Shown: positions 31,063-33,599 of the stretch, in pieces
How positions within the stretch are numbered: position 1 is the stretch's first letter
Layout of the letters: each line of letters starts with the position of its first letter
NCBI GenBank assembly: GCA_964441635.1
Contig: CAYTUZ010000002.1
Span: 1 to 33,599 of the forward strand
DNA from: an uncultured Candidatus Saccharibacteria bacterium
Lineage (GTDB): Bacteria; Patescibacteriota; Minisyncoccia; Phycocordibacterales; PALSA-1337
Length of the DNA: 33,599 nt
Reading direction: 5' to 3'
Translations under genes and position numbers: made by a program
Notes under the pieces: model-generated
The model's database searches: none
The model's input: only the letters and a program-made list of their open reading frames with translations
Told to the model about the DNA's origin: nothing

Positions 31063-32016
31063 ATGAAGCTATCTATCGTTATCCCCGTCTACAACGAAGA
31101 AAAAAACCTGCCGTTATTGTTCGGCAGTTTCCAAGAGGTCTTGGCTAAAATTGGCGGAGAATATGAGATTATTGCCGTTAATGACGCTTCAAAAGACAAA
31201 AGTCTGCAAATTTTACGGAATTACGCTGCGAAAAATAAGAGCATAAAGGTTATTTCTTTTGAGCTAAATCGTGGCCAGACCGCCGCTTTACAAGCTGGCA
31301 TTTCCAATGCAACCGGCGACGTGATCATCCCCATGGATAGCGACATGGAAAATGATCCCGCGGAGATCCCAAAGCTTTTGGCAAAACTAAATGAAGGTTA
31401 TGATGTTGTGTCCGGCTGGCGCGTCGATCGATGGAAGGGCGGCCCCATGGTTTGGCTCCGCCGGCGCTTGCCTTCGGCTTGCGCGAACTGGCTCATATCC
31501 CGCATTACCAAAGTCCATTTGCATGATTACGGATGCATCATGAAGGCTTACAAAAGGAGTGTGCTAACTGGCGTGGCACTTTACGGCGAAATGCATCGTT
31601 TTATTCCAGCTTATGCTTCTTGGCATGGCGCCAGAGTGACGGAGATCCCAGTCAGGTACCAAGCGCGCAAATTTGGCAAGAGCAATTATGGCATTGGCAG
31701 GACATTCAAGGTGCTGTTGGACTTGGTGGTGATAGTATTCTTGGATAAATATATGAATCGTCCCATGCACTTTTTCGGCGGCATCGGTTTTGTATCGCTC
31801 GGCATTGGAATACTTTCCGGGCTGGTCGCAGTCTATTTGAAGATCGTGCACCTCCGTGATTTTGTTTCGACGCCCTTGCCGGTATTTTCTGCGCTATTTA
31901 CGATTGTTGGCGTGCAACTCATTGCCATGGGCATCATTGCGGAGATTCTGATGCGCACTTACTATGAATCGCAAAAGAAGACGCCGTATAATGTCGCAGA
32001 GCGGATCAATATTTAA
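31063..32016 (+). CDS. GT2 polyprenyl-phosphate glycosyltransferase (GtrB/ArnC-like) with two C-terminal TM helices
   Basis: LSIVIPVYNEEKNL, AVNDASKDKS and MDSDMENDPAEI motifs, plus two C-terminal TM helices. Confidence 0.85.
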   Translation: MKLSIVIPVYNEEKNLPLLFGSFQEVLAKIGGEYEIIAVNDASKDKSLQILRNYAAKNKSIKVISFELNRGQTAALQAGISNATGDVIIPMDSDMENDPAEIPKLLAKLNEGYDVVSGWRVDRWKGGPMVWLRRRLPSACANWLISRITKVHLHDYGCIMKAYKRSVLTGVALYGEMHRFIPAYASWHGARVTEIPVRYQARKFGKSNYGIGRTFKVLLDLVVIVFLDKYMNRPMHFFGGIGFVSLGIGILSGLVAVYLKIVHLRDFVSTPLPVFSALFTIVGVQLIAMGIIAEILMRTYYESQKKTPYNVAERINI

Positions 32017-33599
32017 ATGTGCGGCATAACCGGATTTATAGGCAAGGGCAACGAAGATACGCTTCAGAAAATGACGGCGGCAGTCAAACACCGCGGACCG
32101 GACGATACCGGTATATTTTTTGATGAACAAAAGGGAATCGGCCTCGGCCATGCACGGCTTTCGATCCTTGATGTTAGCGCTGCCGGTCACCAGCCGATGT
32201 GGAGCAGTGATAAGCAGATTGCTATTGTATTTAACGGCGAGATATACAATTTCCAAGAACTAAAAACAGAATTGAAAGCACACCATGGTTGCCGATTTGA
32301 AAGCACGTCCGATACCGAAGTCATAATTTACGCCTATAAAGTTTTTGGCGAGAAGTGCTTCGAGAAAATGGAAGGCATGTTCGCCATCGCGATTTACGAT
32401 TTTCCAAAGAATCGGCTGATTTTGGCTCGCGATCGCGCGGGCAAAAAACCGCTTTACTGGACGCTTACGAATGGCACGTTTATTTTTGGCTCGGAATTGA
32501 AATCGTTGGTATTGCATCCTGCTTTCAAAAAAGAGCTTGACCTAGAATCAGTCAACAAGTATTTGCAATTTGACTACGTGCCAACACCACATACCATCTG
32601 GAAAAACGTGCACAAACTCGAACCGGCATCTTACATGGTTTTTGAAGCGGGTAAGATCAGAAAAGCAGAATATTGGTTGCCGAAGTTCGAGGAAACGAAG
32701 CTATCATTTGCTGAAGCAAAAAAGCGGTTAGGTGCGATGATCGCAGAATCGGTCAGTAACCGTCTAGTTGCCGATGTGCCCGTGGGCGTATTTCTTTCTG
32801 GCGGCCTAGACAGCTCGACGATTGCTTATTACGCGAAGCAGCAAAGCAAAAGTAAAGTCAAAACGTTTTCTATTGGTTTTCAGGAAAAAAGCTTTGATGA
32901 ATCGAACTATGCCCGCGAAGTCGCTACATTTTTGGGCACAGAACATTATGAGAAAATATTTACCAGTGCGGATTGTATCAGTGTTATTCCCGAAGTCCTG
33001 AATGCGCTCGATGAACCCATGGCGGATGCTTCGATAATTCCCACGTACTTGCTTTCGCAATTTGCCAGAGAATATGTGACCGTTGCTTTGGGTGGCGACG
33101 GCGGTGACGAACTATTTGCTGGCTATCCAACATTCCAAGCGGAAAAACTGCTCACAATATACAAAAAAGTACCGGCAATGTTGAGGAGTAGAGTCATTGA
33201 ACCCTTGATAAGAGCGTTGCCTTCGTCGGCCAATAACTTTAGTCTCGATTTTAAGTTGAAGAAATTCCTTGAAGGTGTCAATGCTTCTAATTCACACAGG
33301 CATCAGGTTTGGCTCGGCTCCTTCAACAGAGAAGAACGTTCACAACTCTTCAAACCCGAAGTGTGGAATAGGCTCGAAAACAATAATGAGTTTGAAGATA
33401 CAGAGGTCGGACCTCTGTTGTACCAATATGAGAGGACTTATTTGATGGATGAAGTCTTGGTCAAGGTCGATCGCGCGACTATGCTCGCATCACTCGAAGC
33501 GAGGTCGCCTTTTTTGGATTATAGGATTGCGGATTTCGCCCATTCATTGCCTTATGATTTCAAAATCAAAGGTTTCAAAACCAAATACATATTGAAAAA
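32017..33599 (+). CDS. asnB: Asparagine synthase (glutamine-hydrolysing) family amidotransferase, 3' end cut by window edge
   Basis: Not in the ORF track because there is no stop in the window. I read the frame as open from ATG 32017, directly after the upstream TAA. MCGITGFIG Ntn nucleophile, SGGLDSST PP-loop and VALGGDGGDELFAGY motifs. Confidence 0.85.
   Translation, partial: MCGITGFIGKGNEDTLQKMTAAVKHRGPDDTGIFFDEQKGIGLGHARLSILDVSAAGHQPMWSSDKQIAIVFNGEIYNFQELKTELKAHHGCRFESTSDTEVIIYAYKVFGEKCFEKMEGMFAIAIYDFPKNRLILARDRAGKKPLYWTLTNGTFIFGSELKSLVLHPAFKKELDLESVNKYLQFDYVPTPHTIWKNVHKLEPASYMVFEAGKIRKAEYWLPKFEETKLSFAEAKKRLGAMIAESVSNRLVADVPVGVFLSGGLDSSTIAYYAKQQSKSKVKTFSIGFQEKSFDESNYAREVATFLGTEHYEKIFTSADCISVIPEVLNALDEPMADASIIPTYLLSQFAREYVTVALGGDGGDELFAGYPTFQAEKLLTIYKKVPAMLRSRVIEPLIRALPSSANNFSLDFKLKKFLEGVNASNSHRHQVWLGSFNREERSQLFKPEVWNRLENNNEFEDTEVGPLLYQYERTYLMDEVLVKVDRATMLASLEARSPFLDYRIADFAHSLPYDFKIKGFKTKYILK
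33398..33418. repeat. Palindrome ACAGAGGTC-G-GACCTCTGT inside asnB (reverse-orientation copy of 21126-21146)
   Basis: Exact 21-nt reverse-complement match to the GT4-gene copy. Confidence 0.8.

Noticed and set aside
1-33599. tRNA, rRNA, CRISPR arrays, transposase or integrase genes
   Set aside because: Scanning for T-loop GGTTCGAATCC-like motifs, rRNA-like conserved strings, regularly spaced repeats and DDE or tyrosine-recombinase motifs found nothing supportable.

Overview
The window looks like a moderately AT-rich, tightly packed bacterial chromosome segment. Almost all genes are on the + strand, many have 1-4 nt gaps or ATGA overlaps, and there are almost no Shine-Dalgarno motifs. This style is consistent with a reduced-genome lineage such as Patescibacteria/CPR, but I cannot confirm that from sequence alone.

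Bases 1-9600 carry:
- a 5'-truncated Pro/Thr-rich surface protein;
- rsmI, a small membrane protein and a DUF4015-like glycoside-hydrolase-fold protein;
- an unexplained GC-rich 420-nt gap;
- an orphan VirD4/TraD-like P-loop ATPase with a Pro-rich tail;
- a GT4 glycosyltransferase;
- a three-gene island with no recognisable domains;
- rarA.

Bases 9998-33599 form one >23 kb envelope-glycan locus:
- six GT4-type glycosyltransferases and two exostosin/CgeB-like enzymes;
- a GtrA-family protein;
- three GT2 polyprenyl-phosphate-sugar-synthase-like enzymes, each next to a large polytopic GT-C-like membrane protein;
- two paralogous Zn-ribbon SAM methyltransferases;
- an SDR, an MBOAT/DltD-like O-acylation pair, and a 3'-truncated AsnB-type amidotransferase.

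The features that ordinary annotation does not explain are:
1. Several families of palindromic or hairpin repeat elements, many embedded in-frame in coding sequences. They include a ~125-nt compound palindrome present in two unrelated genes in two different reading frames, a 282-nt inverted repeat with 44-bp perfect arms, and a 21-nt exact palindromic repeat shared by a GT4 gene and asnB.
2. Eroded gene relics: rmlA- and rmlB-like fragments fused on the minus strand, and an N-terminal stub of a hexapeptide acetyltransferase.
3. A recurrent -10-like hexamer 6-8 nt upstream of the ATG of transcription-unit-initial genes, which suggests leaderless mRNAs.

I could not support any rRNA, tRNA or CRISPR array.
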